A stretch of DNA of 63,040 bases, the filler included, from Octopus bimaculoides (taxonomy: Eukaryota): NCBI RefSeq assembly GCF_001194135.2. It is 7 parts of 6 records of this genome, joined end to end, with 100 filler letters (N's around TTAATTAATTAA, not from the genome) between each part and the next. Parts side by side here need not be neighbours in the genome. Positions count along the whole stretch, not along the records: positions 23,062 to 34,001 come from NC_068986.1; positions 34,102 to 38,168 come from NC_069000.1; positions 38,269 to 42,881 come from NC_068996.1; 4 more parts are not named here. One strand, given 5' to 3'. This document shows positions 28,884 through 40,829 of the stretch, piece after piece. The notes beneath the pieces were generated by a model. It ran no database searches, had not been told where the DNA came from, and worked only from the letters and a program-made list of their open reading frames with translations. Positions within the stretch are counted from its first letter, which is position 1. Every line of letters starts with the position of its first letter. Position numbers and translations under genes: made by a program.

Positions 28884-29597
28884 GGAGAGAAAGATAGCAG
28901 GAGAGAGGGAAATGGGAGAAATAGTGAGTGATAAAGCTGTGTGGATATAATCTTTAGATCGAAGTTAAAAAAATAATTCAATATATTCAATATATATGGT
29001 TCGATAATGCCAACATAAGGAACCTACAGACGAATTAAATGCTTATTTGTTGTTTTTATTCTATAAATTGAAAAAAAATATCCAATTCGTAATCGCCAGA
29101 AGAAATATCAAAGAACCATGTGTAAAGCATACAGATCAATAGTTAAGTTCTTCGTTCAATATTATTTTATTGATAGCATACAAATTATCCAGTTTCGATT
29201 TTCTCTTTTGACAGTTCGATATATACTTAGTCATATAAAGTACCAAATTATTATGTACCAGCGAAGTTAGCCTTCTTGCAGTAGGGAGAACTCCAAGAGA
29301 TAGCACCCAAATCTTTCTCAATATTTATGCAAACCTAATAGAACCACAAAGAGAATGATGGAAAACGTATTCCTATATAATACAGATGGGAGGATCATGG
29401 CTGGAATATCTTTAATGATATATCCGTTTGATGTAGATTGACTTGGTTCTAAATTACAACAATTGTGGTCCTTAATTACTGTTTGCTACAATTAATTATT
29501 GATGTGCTATGAAGTATGTTTTTGCATTGCTGTGTGTGTGTGATGGAACACAGGACCAAATGGAAAGATACTTTAACAAACACTTGTCATATCGACA

Positions 29598-29870
29598 TGG
29601 CTGAGTAGTAAGACGTTTATTTCCCATCCACACGGTTCTGGGTTCAGCTCCATCGTGTGACACCTTAGGCAAGTGTGTTCTACTACAGCCTCAGGTCATA
29701 TGCGTGTGCGTGTGCATGTCTTCGTGACTGTTTAGGTCCCCATCCCTGAGCAGTTCAGCTAAAGAGACCGATAAAGTACCAGGCTTTAAAAAAAAGTACT
29801 GGAGTCGATTCATTTGACTAAGATTCTTCAATGTGGTACCCCAGAATTGCCGCTGCCTAATGAATCAAAC
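29598..29870 (+). mobile_element. SINE family B, internally deleted
   Basis: ATGGCTGAGTAGTAAG...CACCTTAGGCAAGTGTG...AAAGAGACCGATAAAGTACCAGGC. Confidence 0.65.
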
Positions 29871-30715
29871 AGGTGCTCTACTCTCCTTGCAATTCTCCTA
29901 AACCACAGCCGCCCATCTTAACTTCTCCCTCAAACAACTCTACCATCATTATTTCTCTCTCAATTCACCTTTACTCTCTTATCTGAGCCAAACCAAACCC
30001 TACTATCCAAACAATCTCCTTAAAGCTACCCTCTACCAGTGTAGAAAACCCCTCAGACAATACCCTACATTCTTCACATGTCCTTTAAATCACGGCTTGG
30101 CATCTAAAAGCCTCTCCAAAAATGATACTGACAATACATTAGAATAGAATATGAAACTGACAGGATGGCCACACTCGGAATGTCTTTTGATCATAAATCT
30201 ATATCATTAGGATATCTCATGGTGCTCCTCCATTTAATCTGAAAAAAAAAACGAGATAAGACTATTCCAAATGTAATCCTAATTTTATTAAGTCTAAATC
30301 ATTTCTTTTTAATCTTCGTTTAGTCTTTTAGTAGTTCGGGTTCTTTCAGGTTGTAAGTACCACTTCGTCTGATATATATTTTGTCTAACTGCTACCAGTT
30401 ATCTCTATTTTACGATACAAACCACATCAATATTAGATATGTGTGGCTCTAAACGCAGTCCTGAACACAGAATCTGTTATTACGTAAACAGTTACACACA
30501 TACAATCATAAATATACATACGCACATACACAAAGATATGTTCGAAATTACGTCAGTACTGATCCAAAATTTTTGAGTAAGCTCCTACCTCCGGTCAATC
30601 TATTTGCAAAGTCGCTTTTAACAACTTGTAATAAATATTAGATTCTCCATACATATTGACTGTTTTCTTCAATGATTGTTTTTATGTATTTCCAAATAAC
30701 TCTCTCAAATAAAGC

Positions 30716-30782
<67 letters not shown>

Positions 30783-31194
30783 CGAGTCTGGTACTATTCC
30801 ATCGGTAGACCTGAATCTATAGTAGAAGACGCACACCAAAGTTGTCACGCAGTGTGACTGAACCCTGAACTATGTGGAAAGGAAGCACATTTCTTACCAC
30901 ACAGCCACGCCCGCATACACACACAAACACACACACATACACACAAACACACACACACATATGTACACAAACACACACACATATACCTATGTTCTCTACT
31001 CATTTCTCCATTTGTTTTCAGGGCCTTTATTTCTTTTAATTAGATTTCATCTATCACTATTGCAACAAATGTCACCAGTTTACCTTTGAACTACCGGCCA
31101 TTCCTCTAAATCAAAGACTAGGCTGCTAATATTTCTTTTCCTTTTTCTTTTCTTTCTGTTCATTTTTATTGTCATGCTTTCCTATTTAATTACT

Positions 31195-31612
31195 TACTCT
31201 TTTATTTGTTTCAGTCATTTGACTGCAGCCATGCTGGAGCAACGCGTTTTAGTCGAGCAAATCAACCCCAGGACTTATTGTTTGGAAGCATAGTACTTAT
31301 TCTATCGGAATGTTTTGCCGAACCGCTAAGTTACGGGGACGTAAACACACCACCATCGGTTGTCAAGTGATGCTGGGGCGGGGAGCAAACACAGACACAC
31401 AAACATATAAATACACATACATACATACATATATATATAAACATATATACGACGGGCTTCTTTCAGGTTCCGTCTACCAAATCCAATCACATGGCTTTTG
31501 TCGGCCCGTGGCAATGGTAGAAGACAGTTGCCCAATGTGCCACGCAGTGGGAATGAACCCGGAACCATGTGGTTGGTAAGCAAGCTACTTACCACACAGC
31601 CACTCCTGCGCC
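31195..31612 (-). mobile_element. SINE family B, full length
   Basis: High-identity copy from TTGTTTCAGTCATTTGACTGCAGCCATGCTGGAGC to ACCACACAGCCACTCCTGCGCC. Confidence 0.88.
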
Positions 31613-32711
31613 TATTATCTATTTCTACTTATCTATTTCTGCTTCTAAATCCCCACCTACTAACCGTAAGTCCCTCTGCATTGGCTCCAAATACGTTCGT
31701 CTTTCATCGGCGATTTTTCAGTATTGAATTTTTTCCATTGAAGTATTTAACCACCGTAAAAACAACCTACTCTACGTCATTCCTCTTCACAAAACACATC
31801 CTTCTTTCCATTCTTCTTCTTTTTTTTTCTTCTTCTTCTTCTTCTTCTTCTTCTTCTTCTTCTTTTTCTTCTTCTTCTCCTCCTCCTCTTCCTTCTTCTT
31901 CTTCTTCTTCTTCTCCTCCTCCTCCTCCTCCTCCTCCTCCTTCTTCTTCTTCTTCTTCTTCTTCTTCTCCTCNNNNNNNNNNNNNNNNNNNNNNNNNNNN
32001 NNNNNNNNNNNNNNNNNNNNNNNNNNNNNNNNNNNNNNNNNNNNNNNNNNNNNNNNNNNNNNNNNNNNNNNNNNNNNNNNNNNNNNNNNNNNNNNNNNNN
32101 NNNNNNNNNNNNNNNNNNNNNNNNNNNNNNNNNNNNNNNNNNNNNNNNNNNNNNNNNNNNNNNNNNNNNNNNNNNNNNNNNNNNNNNNNNNNNNNNNNNN
32201 NNNNNNNNNNNNNNNNNNNNNNNNNNNNNNNNNNNNNNNNNNNNNNNNNNNNNNNNNNNNNNNNNNNNNNNNNNNNNNNNNNNNNNNNNNNNNNNNNNNN
32301 NNNNNNNNNNNNNNNNNNNNNNNNNNNNNNNNNNNNNNNNNNNNNNNNNNNNNNNNNNNNNNNNNNNNNNNNNNNNNNNNNNNNNNNNNNNNNNNNNNNN
32401 NNNNNNNNNNNNNNNNNNNNNNNNNNNNNNNNNNNNNNNNNNNNNNNNNNNNNNNNNNNNNNNNNNNNNNNNNNNNNNNNNNNNNNNNNNNNNNNNNNNN
32501 NNNNNNNNNNNNNNNNNNNNNNNNNNNNNNNNNNNNNNNNNNNNNNNNNNNNNNNNNNNNNNNNNNNNNNNNNNNNNNNNNNNNNNNNNNNNNNNNNNNN
32601 NNNNNNNNNNNNNNNNNNNNNNNNNNNNNNNNNNNNNNNNNNNNNNNNNNNNNNNNNNNNNNNNNNNNNNNNNNNNNNNNNNNNTATATATATATATATA
32701 TATATATATAC

Positions 32712-32745
<34 letters not shown>

Positions 32746-33185
32746 ATATTTATGTATGCATGTATGTATGTATGTATGTATGTACAATTAATAATAAATA
32801 ATATATATATATATACATTCGTACATGGGGACAGAAGAAAGTAGATTTTCTCCTACACATAGGACTCGAACACGCACCTTTTTGTTTAATTCTGTCAGAT
32901 TTAAGAACTATAATTGGTTCGTAGATGTTTTTGTGAACAAACTTTCATGTGCTTTCACTGCGATGATTTTGTGACGCAGCGTCGATTTTTAAGCCCCATT
33001 ATTAGATTATTTCCTTTAGTAACTGCGTGGTGATCGCAATAAGCTTTAAGCCTATAGAATACTAATATTATTATTTACAGAACTGTAAAAGTCGACGCTG
33101 TTTAACTAAACCATTGCAATAAACGCATATCAAATATTGTTTACATAAACAACTGTGTCTTAAATCTGACAGAAAGAAGCAAGTT

Positions 33186-33258
33186 GGTGCATCGGTGTAA
33201 TAGGTAGTACACTTGGTTGCATAAGCAAAGAGATTCGGCCTCGACTCATACGCGTACG
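33186..33258 (+). pseudogene. Degenerate tRNA-Met(CAT)-like sequence
   Basis: GGTGCATCGGTGTAATAGGTAGTACACTTGGTTGCATAAGCAAAGAGATTCGGCCTCGACTCATACGCG aligns by eye with eukaryotic elongator tRNA-Met (GCGCAGTAGGTAGCGCG...CATAA...AAG...TTCGATCC), with CpG-type decay. CAT is at 33220-33222. The cloverleaf is broken. Confidence 0.4.
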
Positions 33259-33381
33259 GGAAAAGCTAATATGTTCTATCGAAGACTTATATGCCTACAT
33301 ATTAAACTATTTCCTTCAGTCAATGCGCAATGATCGTTATAAGCTTTAAGAGTATAAAAAAACATTATTATTATTTACAGA

Positions 33382-33414
<33 letters not shown>

Positions 33415-33746
33415 CGCGCGTGTGTGTGTGTGCGTGTATACATATATCTAAATGTACATATATTCCATACATTTATGAGTGTGTACACAAACAGACGCAA
33501 GCGCGCACACACGCATAAACATACACACGTACAAGCACAGATCACCAACACCACTTCCATCCATCACCGCCTCCCATACACACACCCGACATACACAGAT
33601 GTTTATATAAAACATCATTTGTGTTCCACTGAGGAATGCCCGAGGTACATCCAGCCAGAAATGTGCGTTTACAGTGGATGACGACAGGTAGCCATAGACA
33701 GCGAATGTTCCTTATCGGCGTACTACGAGAACCATATCCAACACAT

Positions 33747-33795
<49 letters not shown>

Positions 33796-33954
33796 CATGT
33801 ATATGTATATCTACACGTAGGCATCACTATGCAAGTATTATAGAACATATGCAAGCATACGTTGTATATGTTACAACTATTATCTGATATAGAACTGAAT
33901 TTTTGGATGAAAGTGAAAAGTTTCTTGCATATCGCATTGCAACATCATCGCGGG

Positions 33955-34001
<47 letters not shown>

Positions 34002-34521
34002 NNNNNNNNNNNNNNNNNNNNNNNNNNNNNNNNNNNNNNNNNNNNTTAATTAATTAANNNNNNNNNNNNNNNNNNNNNNNNNNNNNNNNNNNNNNNNNNN
34101 NACATGTTTCTTTCAGTTTGCATCTACCAGCTCCACTCACAAGACATTGGTCAGCTTGGTTCTATAGTAGAAGACATTTCCCCAGTGTGGGGTTGAACAC
34201 GAAATTTTGTGATTGGAAGGCAAACTACTTGCCACATGGCTACGCATGCGCCTGTATATTTTTTCATATATATTTTTAACAACTCTTACGTTACTCAGAA
34301 TATCACATGGTATTGTGGTAATAATTCCTTTCAATATTGATAGACCAATGGGCACAGACTTGGAGAAGAAGTATTTTCTGTGTTATAAAATGAAGAAATA
34401 AGTACTGAGCTGAGGCTGGCATCCTAACTTTCCTATATTTTCCGAAAACCAAACAAATATAGAAACCTATAAACTTTTACATTTTTGTATTTTAAATATT
34501 TACAGTAAATTTATTCCCAAA

Positions 34522-34771
34522 ATGTCCACCCAACCAACAAAACCCGAAACAGATGTCAAGAATATGGAATGTTACCGGAAACAACCAGTGGTACCAGATG
34601 GAGGCTGGGGGTGGGTCGTTTGTTTTGCTGCAGCTTATTGCTCTTTCATAGTAAATGGACTGACAAGTTCTTCTGGAATATTCCTTATTGGTCTCACCAG
34701 AATCTTTGACGACCCAGTATCGAAGCTGTCTTTAATCGGAGCTCTATTAACTGGACTCAGTATGCTTGCAG
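34522..34771 (+). CDS. Monocarboxylate transporter (SLC16/MCT family, MFS) coding exon 1
   Basis: Translates MSTQPTKPETDVKNMECYRKQPVVPDGGWGWVVCFAAAYCSFIVNGLTSSSGIFLIGLTRIFDDPVSKLSLIGALLTGLSMLA. It contains the SLC16 signature PDGGWGW before TM1 and ends at donor GCAG|GTAAAT (phase 1). Upstream acceptor-like TTTACAG ends at 34505. Confidence 0.93.
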
Positions 34772-35141
34772 GTAAATGAAATGTTTTTTTTTTTAATTTT
34801 TGATCTATGAATAAAGTAAATTTTATTAAATTTCCGTTTGAATATCTTTTCTTGTTAATTTTTTATTATCTGTTTATAACTAAGTTTATATATGTATGCC
34901 ATATACTAAGTTGGATTTAATTTTGGTACCACAATTCTTCAAAATGCGAGTGTTTTGTAGTCAATTGATTTATTTTCTACTTCTTTGTGTTGAGAATTTT
35001 GATAAATGAATCACAAAAGAGAGTTCAGTTTCATTTCCAATAGAAAATACAAAATCGATAACTAGATCGAACCTAAACCTTTTAAACCATGACGTTGGTA
35101 CCCTACTCACTTAACCAAACTTTATCACATTATATTTCCAG

Positions 35142-35285
35142 CTCCAGTTGCCAGTGTGTTGCTGGTTTACTTTAGCCATCGGACAGTGATCATATTAGCA
35201 GGCCTCCTTGGCTTCACAGGAGCCGTATTGGGAACGTTTTCTACCAACAGCGATATGATGATAGCAACATACGGTATTATGTCCG
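35142..35285 (+). CDS. SLC16/MCT coding exon 2 (TM3-TM4 region)
   Basis: Acceptor TATATTTCCAG|, donor TCCG|GTAAGA, 144 nt, phase 1-1. Reads (A)PVASVLLVYFSHRTVIILAGLLGFTGAVLGTFSTNSDMMIATYGIMS(G), matching the MCT pattern GP..S.L...YG.R.V...GG.L......TYG...G. Missed by the ORF track. Confidence 0.9.
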
Positions 35286-35993
35286 GTAAGAATCGTTCAA
35301 TCTCAGAGAAAGTAAACTAAATTCTTTAATATCAAAGCTCATTAATGTCCTTACTCAGCGCGTGATACCAGTAGAATTATTCTGTGATACCCGAATATTG
35401 TATCGAATAACTTATTACATAGTTGTTTAACGTGTCTAACTACCTCTTACAAATGCAGCTCGTTTCTTCATACATTCATAAGATAGAAGATAGTAATTTG
35501 AGTAAGTTTTGACTATCGTTTTTATCTTTGATAAAGCTTAGAGGGTTAACTCGTCAGCTCATGCATATATATTCATCGCTTAACACTGGATCCCCATCTG
35601 TCTTCTTCAGATATTCATCTTTTTCTCAAGACTTACACGCCTCTTCGTCTCAATTCACCCTCTCATTTTCTTCTAACCCGCATTCCAAACCAACATGCAC
35701 CGTATCCATTTGTTCCCCTCAATACCTCTTACACCAACAACCATCTCTGCCTCGGTTCCACTATTCATACATCACCGGACCCAACCCGCATACTTATATA
35801 CATACACCCCTTACATACACATTGCTACACTATTGTATACATCTGTAGGTAAAGTTCTTGGGATGTATTGGATGCTATAGGTTGGATGTGTGAAGAATTC
35901 CACGGATTATTGGCATCGATCACTTGCTTAAACGTCTCAGATGGATCTCAAAGACATCGATATTCGCTGCCGAGGACAATTAGTATTCTCTTA

Positions 35994-36169
35994 TTTGTTT
36001 ACTTGTTTCAGTCATTTTGACTGCGGCCATGCTGGAGCACCGCCTTTAGTCGAACAAATCGACCCCAGGACTTATTCTTTGTAAGTCTACTACTTATTCT
36101 ATCGGTCACTTATGTCGAACCGCTAAGTTACGGTCACGTAAACACACCAACATGGTTGTCAATCACACG

Positions 36170-36222
<53 letters not shown>

Positions 36223-36387
36223 TTATACGACAGGCTTCTTTCAGTTTCCGTCTACCAAATCCACTCACAAGGCTTTGGTCGGCCCGAGGCTATAGTAGAA
36301 GACACTTGCCCCAGGTGCCATGCAATGGGACTGAACCCAGAACCATGTGGCTGGGAAGCAAGCTTCTTACCACACACCCACGCCTGT
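35994..36387 (-). mobile_element. SINE family B, full length, in MCT intron 2
   Basis: High-identity copy, antisense to the MCT gene. Confidence 0.88.
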
Positions 36388-36647
36388 ATGCGATAATACT
36401 TTCGCCAACTTGATAGAGCAGAGGGTAGGCATCTCTGTGTGTTGTGTCGCAGAAGATTGCGTAGTTTTACACAATTCCAGCTGAATTCAAATCTCATCAA
36501 CTAGATACAGTTATAACAATAAATTTTAGGAAACATTTCCGGGAGATAAATAATTTAGCATTTGATGTCATAATTCAGAGAAATGAAGTTTTGATCCTCT
36601 CTAAGTGACATAAAGTATTCGTGTGAATTATTTTACTGTTTTTTCAG

Positions 36648-36919
36648 GTGTGTCACTTGGAATGTCATTTTTCACGGGGCAAATCATTGCAGGATTCTAT
36701 TTTGAAAAGAAGCGTGCTCTGGCAATAGGAATATCGAATTGTGGTGGTGGAATGGGGATACTAGTGGCCAACATGTTAGTTGAGTACCTCATAGAGTTTT
36801 ATGGACCGAGAGGGACCTTATTCTTATTTCAGGGGCTCTTTTGAATATTGTTGTTTTTGGATCGCTTTGCCGACCCCTGCAATATGTCTACAAAAATGTT
36901 GAGCAGAAAGAATCTAAAG
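36648..36919 (+). CDS. SLC16/MCT coding exon 3 (TM4-TM6), with apparent 1-nt deletion frameshift near 36827-36831
   Basis: Acceptor TTTTTTCAG|, donor AAAG|GTAAGT. Reads (G)VSLGMSFFTGQIIAGFYFEKKRALAIGISNCGGGMGILVANMLVEYLIEFYGPRGTLFL (MCT motif YFEKKRALA.G). Homology continues in another frame as GALLNIVVFGSLCRPLQYVYKNVEQKESK (MCT LN....G.L.RP). The exon is 272 nt; 273 would preserve phase 1-1. Confidence 0.88.
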
Positions 36920-37813
36920 GTAAGTCTATCTTTAATAATATAGTAATTTTACATTAAAGCTTGTAAGATTAATATATGTTAATGAGTATGTAGTGTTTTT
37001 ATTATTAACTTTTGAATTATGAAATAATGCATTTCACTCATAGTTATCATATTGTCATATTATTCGTTAAATTAAATTCAATCGTGTTTTGTTTTGGAGA
37101 GAATTGAATATAAAGCTTTCACTTTTTTATTATAGCAGTAGCTATGGAAGACTGGTGGGATTATTATTTGTATGAACTTAAAGACTGGTCGCTTTTTAGC
37201 ATATAATTTAGTTATAATAGGTTTACTATTAACACCGATACAGATGTACATAGATTTATGAGTTTCTTTGTTGTAGTTCAATTTTGCAACGTGTTGATGA
37301 CGCTACAATGATCATCGAATGCAGCTACATTACTTCGTTCTGAATTTCTTGTAGTGCTTTCCCGGCAGAGACATTAGGCTGGTTTGTCATTGTCTACCCC
37401 AACTAGATGGCAGCTATCCCACAAAGAGGTCATCAGTTCTTCGACATGTCTTGTCTTTAGTCCAGCCGCATGTCCAAACACCTTCCTCACAACAGTAGCA
37501 AACCACTCAAGTGTGGAATCCAGTTTAGTCGCTCACCACTCAACAACGGAACATGTGGTATTAGTTTATGTGGTAACAGTAGCGGTTTTCATCAGTCTGT
37601 GATGAGATCCCAAACCAGGCTACACACACGCACACACACACACACACATACACACACATACATACATACATACATACATACATACATACATACATACATA
37701 CTTATATGTTTATGTATGTGTGTGTTATTATGAATTAAAGTTAGAAATTATAATATGTGCAAAGTAACAAACGGATCAAACTGTATGAAAGTGTTTTAAA
37801 ATTCTGCTTTCAG

Positions 37814-37938
37814 CCTCACCAGACGAAACGAACCGATTTTCTGTGATACAAAACCAAGAATCGGGCTCAACGGAAATTATTAAACAAAACGAAATAGTCA
37901 ATAAGACATTTGTTAGCTCAAACGAAAGACACATTACG
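37814..37938 (+). CDS. Probable SLC16/MCT exon 4 (central cytoplasmic loop)
   Basis: Acceptor TTCTGCTTTCAG|, donor ACG|GTGAGA. Open in phase 1-0: (A)SPDETNRFSVIQNQESGSTEIIKQNEIVNKTFVSSNERHIT. Hydrophilic, as expected for the TM6-7 loop. The phase fits the frameshift-corrected exon 3. No motif-level homology. Confidence 0.65.
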
Positions 37939-38268
37939 GTGAGACAATATTATTTACTTTTTTTTTTAATATGATCCTTATTTCAGCCGCCGCACTGCGG
38001 CCAACCTGGGGCACGGCCTTGAAATAGTTTATCTACAAATAATCGACCTAACTGCTTATTTATTTTTATCAAGCTTCGTACTTATTTGTCGGTCTCTTAT
38101 ACCGAACCGCTAAGTCATGGTAACGTAAGTAAATCAGCTCCGGTTGTCGAGACACATACACACACACANNNNNNNNNNNNNNNNNNNNNNNNNNNNNNNN
38201 NNNNNNNNNNNNTTAATTAATTAANNNNNNNNNNNNNNNNNNNNNNNNNNNNNNNNNNNNNNNNNNNN

Positions 38269-38312
<44 letters not shown>

Positions 38313-39287
38313 CGGAGGTACAAGTATTTGGTCTCACTGTGAAAGTAGGCCAATGTATCAAGAAAGACTTCATTTCGGCACCTTAGAATCGCACTGTCGT
38401 CTTTGATAGTTATTCGACAACTTATTAGAATGTGCTCGCTTCTCGTTCCCAAGATACCGAAAGAAAGTAGTTGAAAAGTAGGTTGAATGCAATCCTCTCT
38501 TTCTTCACGAAGCATCTAATGGAATTATTGCAATCAATATAATTATCACACGTCACAACTGAAACTGACATCTAGGGAGACAACCTCTTTCAAGATCTTG
38601 TCAGGAAACAGAGATAGCACACATAACCGTTCACCAATTGACATTTGGATGATAACTATGTCGTCAAATCTATCTCCCAGCAGTGAGAGTAAAATCTCGG
38701 CTATTAACAGTAAATAAAATCTTTTAATTTACTTAGTAAGAAATCTGATAATCAAGGCAAGAATTCAAGATTGCGAACATGTGTTTTTTATTTTCGAGAA
38801 CATTTCTTGCACCTCTGCCAGCCGGCATGGCTAAAGGTAATTTCCAATGATGTCAGTTAACGTTACAATGTTTACCAACGACCATATAAAGGGGGATAAC
38901 AGCAGCAGCAGCAACAACAACAACAACGTTAACAACAGCAGGAACAACGTCTCAGATTTTAAATGATCTTTCTCATAACAGCCTATCTCTTAAAACATAC
39001 ATACTCACACATACATACACACATACACACGCGCGCGCGCTTATACGTGTATATATATATATCAGAGCACATTGTTTGAAAAGGTTAATTGAAAGCGCTC
39101 GCATAAACTAGGAAAAAAATTCTTCCCGTAAAGGTTACTAACTCCTGATAAAAGATTTGAAAAACATTTTTTTTTAATCACCTTTACACTCCCCAATTGT
39201 ATTAAGAAATTCTCATAGACTTTCAAAGATATGTATTCCTTTATATATGTGTATGTGTATGTATATACATATCTTTATATATGTGTA

Positions 39288-39321
<34 letters not shown>

Positions 39322-39512
39322 NNNNNNNNNNNNNNNNNNNNNNNNNNNNNNNNNNNNNNNNNNNNNNNNNNNNNNNNNNNNNNNNNNNNNNNNNNNNNNN
39401 NNNNNNNNNNNNNNNNNNNNNNNNNNNNNNNNNNNNNNNNNNNNNNNNNNNNNNNNNNNNNNNNNNNNNNNNNNNNNNNNNNNNNNNNNNNNNNNNNNNN
39501 NNNNNNNNNNNN

Positions 39513-39603
39513 TTGCACCTTGGGTAAGTGTCTTAGCCTCAGGCCGACCAAAGACTTGTGAGTGGTTTTAGTAGACGGAAACTGAAAGAAGCCCGTCGTG
39601 TTC

Positions 39604-39661
<58 letters not shown>

Positions 39662-39810
39662 TTCTCTGTGTGTGTGTGTGTCCGTATTTATCCCACAGTC
39701 ACCACTTGACCACCGTTGTTGCCGTGTTTACGTCCCAGTAGCTTAGTGGTTCGGCCTAAGAGATCCGATAGAATATGTACTAGGCTGAAGAAAAATAAGT
39801 CCTGGGGTGT
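39513..39810 (+). mobile_element. SINE family B with internal (GATA)n
   Basis: CACCTTGGGTAAGTGTC...GAAAGAAGCCCGTCG-(GATA)n-(TG)n...AATAAGTCCTGGGG. Confidence 0.75.
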
Positions 39811-39894
39811 TTTCTTTCTCCCTCTTTTTCTCTAATCACGTGAAAGCGTTATCGACAGATTAAGTAAGGCAATGACAAGCAGATTTATTACAAG

Positions 39895-40105
39895 ATTGAT
39901 TTCAAATTTTGGTACTAAAGCAGTTATTTAAGGGGAGAGAATGAGTCAGTTACACTGACTCAACTGGTGCTTACTTTATCGACATTGAAATGATGAAATG
40001 TATAATCGACCTCGGCGGAATTTGAACTCAGATAGTAACGACGGACGAAATGCCGCTCAGCATTTTGTCCGGCGAGCTAAGCATTTCGCCAGCTCGCTGC
40101 CTTAT
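39895..40105 (-). mobile_element. SINE family A (tail type ...CCAAAATTTGAAATC)
   Basis: CGACCTCGGCGGAATTTGAACTCAG...GCCAGCTCGCTGCC, with a tail matching 61340-61367. Confidence 0.75.
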
Positions 40106-40575
40106 GTTAGGTGTTAGAGAGTGAAACGTGTAATTTTTGCATTTGAACTAAGTCTTTTCCTCCGTTATTTAGCCCGTCTGTAACGCTTTCACGTTATTAG
40201 TTGAAGGGAAAGGCGTATATGCTTTGACATATTGTGCTGAAGATAACCAGGTGTTTTCATAACGCTAAATTTGAAATCGTTCGATATACTATTAATCTAA
40301 AGATCTTATTTATTTTTTCATCTGCCCGATTACAACCTGTGCTAATGGAATAGTGAGGTGATTTTTTTAGAACCATTTGGAATCTATCTCTACCGTGCGT
40401 CTGAACATATTCTTTTTAATGATATCTGTAGACAGCGCGAACACATATAGGCAGCTGTCTCTGCAGAGACGAAAGTCGAAACAACTGGACAACTTCTAAG
40501 GAGATATTTAAAACAATAAGTTGGTATTTTATTATCAGTTACTGACACTCTCAATTCTCCATTTCTCTCTTTCTC

Positions 40576-40680
<105 letters not shown>

Positions 40681-40829
40681 CCATATATATATATATATAT
40701 ATATATTAAAACAAGATGATATAATAGAAAGGTAATTAATAAATTATGATTTATTAATTAAAAATAAACAAACAGTTTCAGTTGCTATCCCTAAATGAGG
40801 TTTGTAACATTTAATTGTGCTTGTGTGTA

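Noticed and set aside
38290-38720. Possible RT relic on the minus strand (VKKERIAFNLLFNYFL)
   Set aside because: Similarity to the LINE RT motif is too faint to support without a search.
40393-40495. Minus-strand peptide KLSSCFDFRLCRDSCLYVFALS resembling the start of MCT TM7
   Set aside because: Wrong strand, and the following residues (TDIIKKNMFRRT) are not hydrophobic. It could only be real if the piece is flipped.
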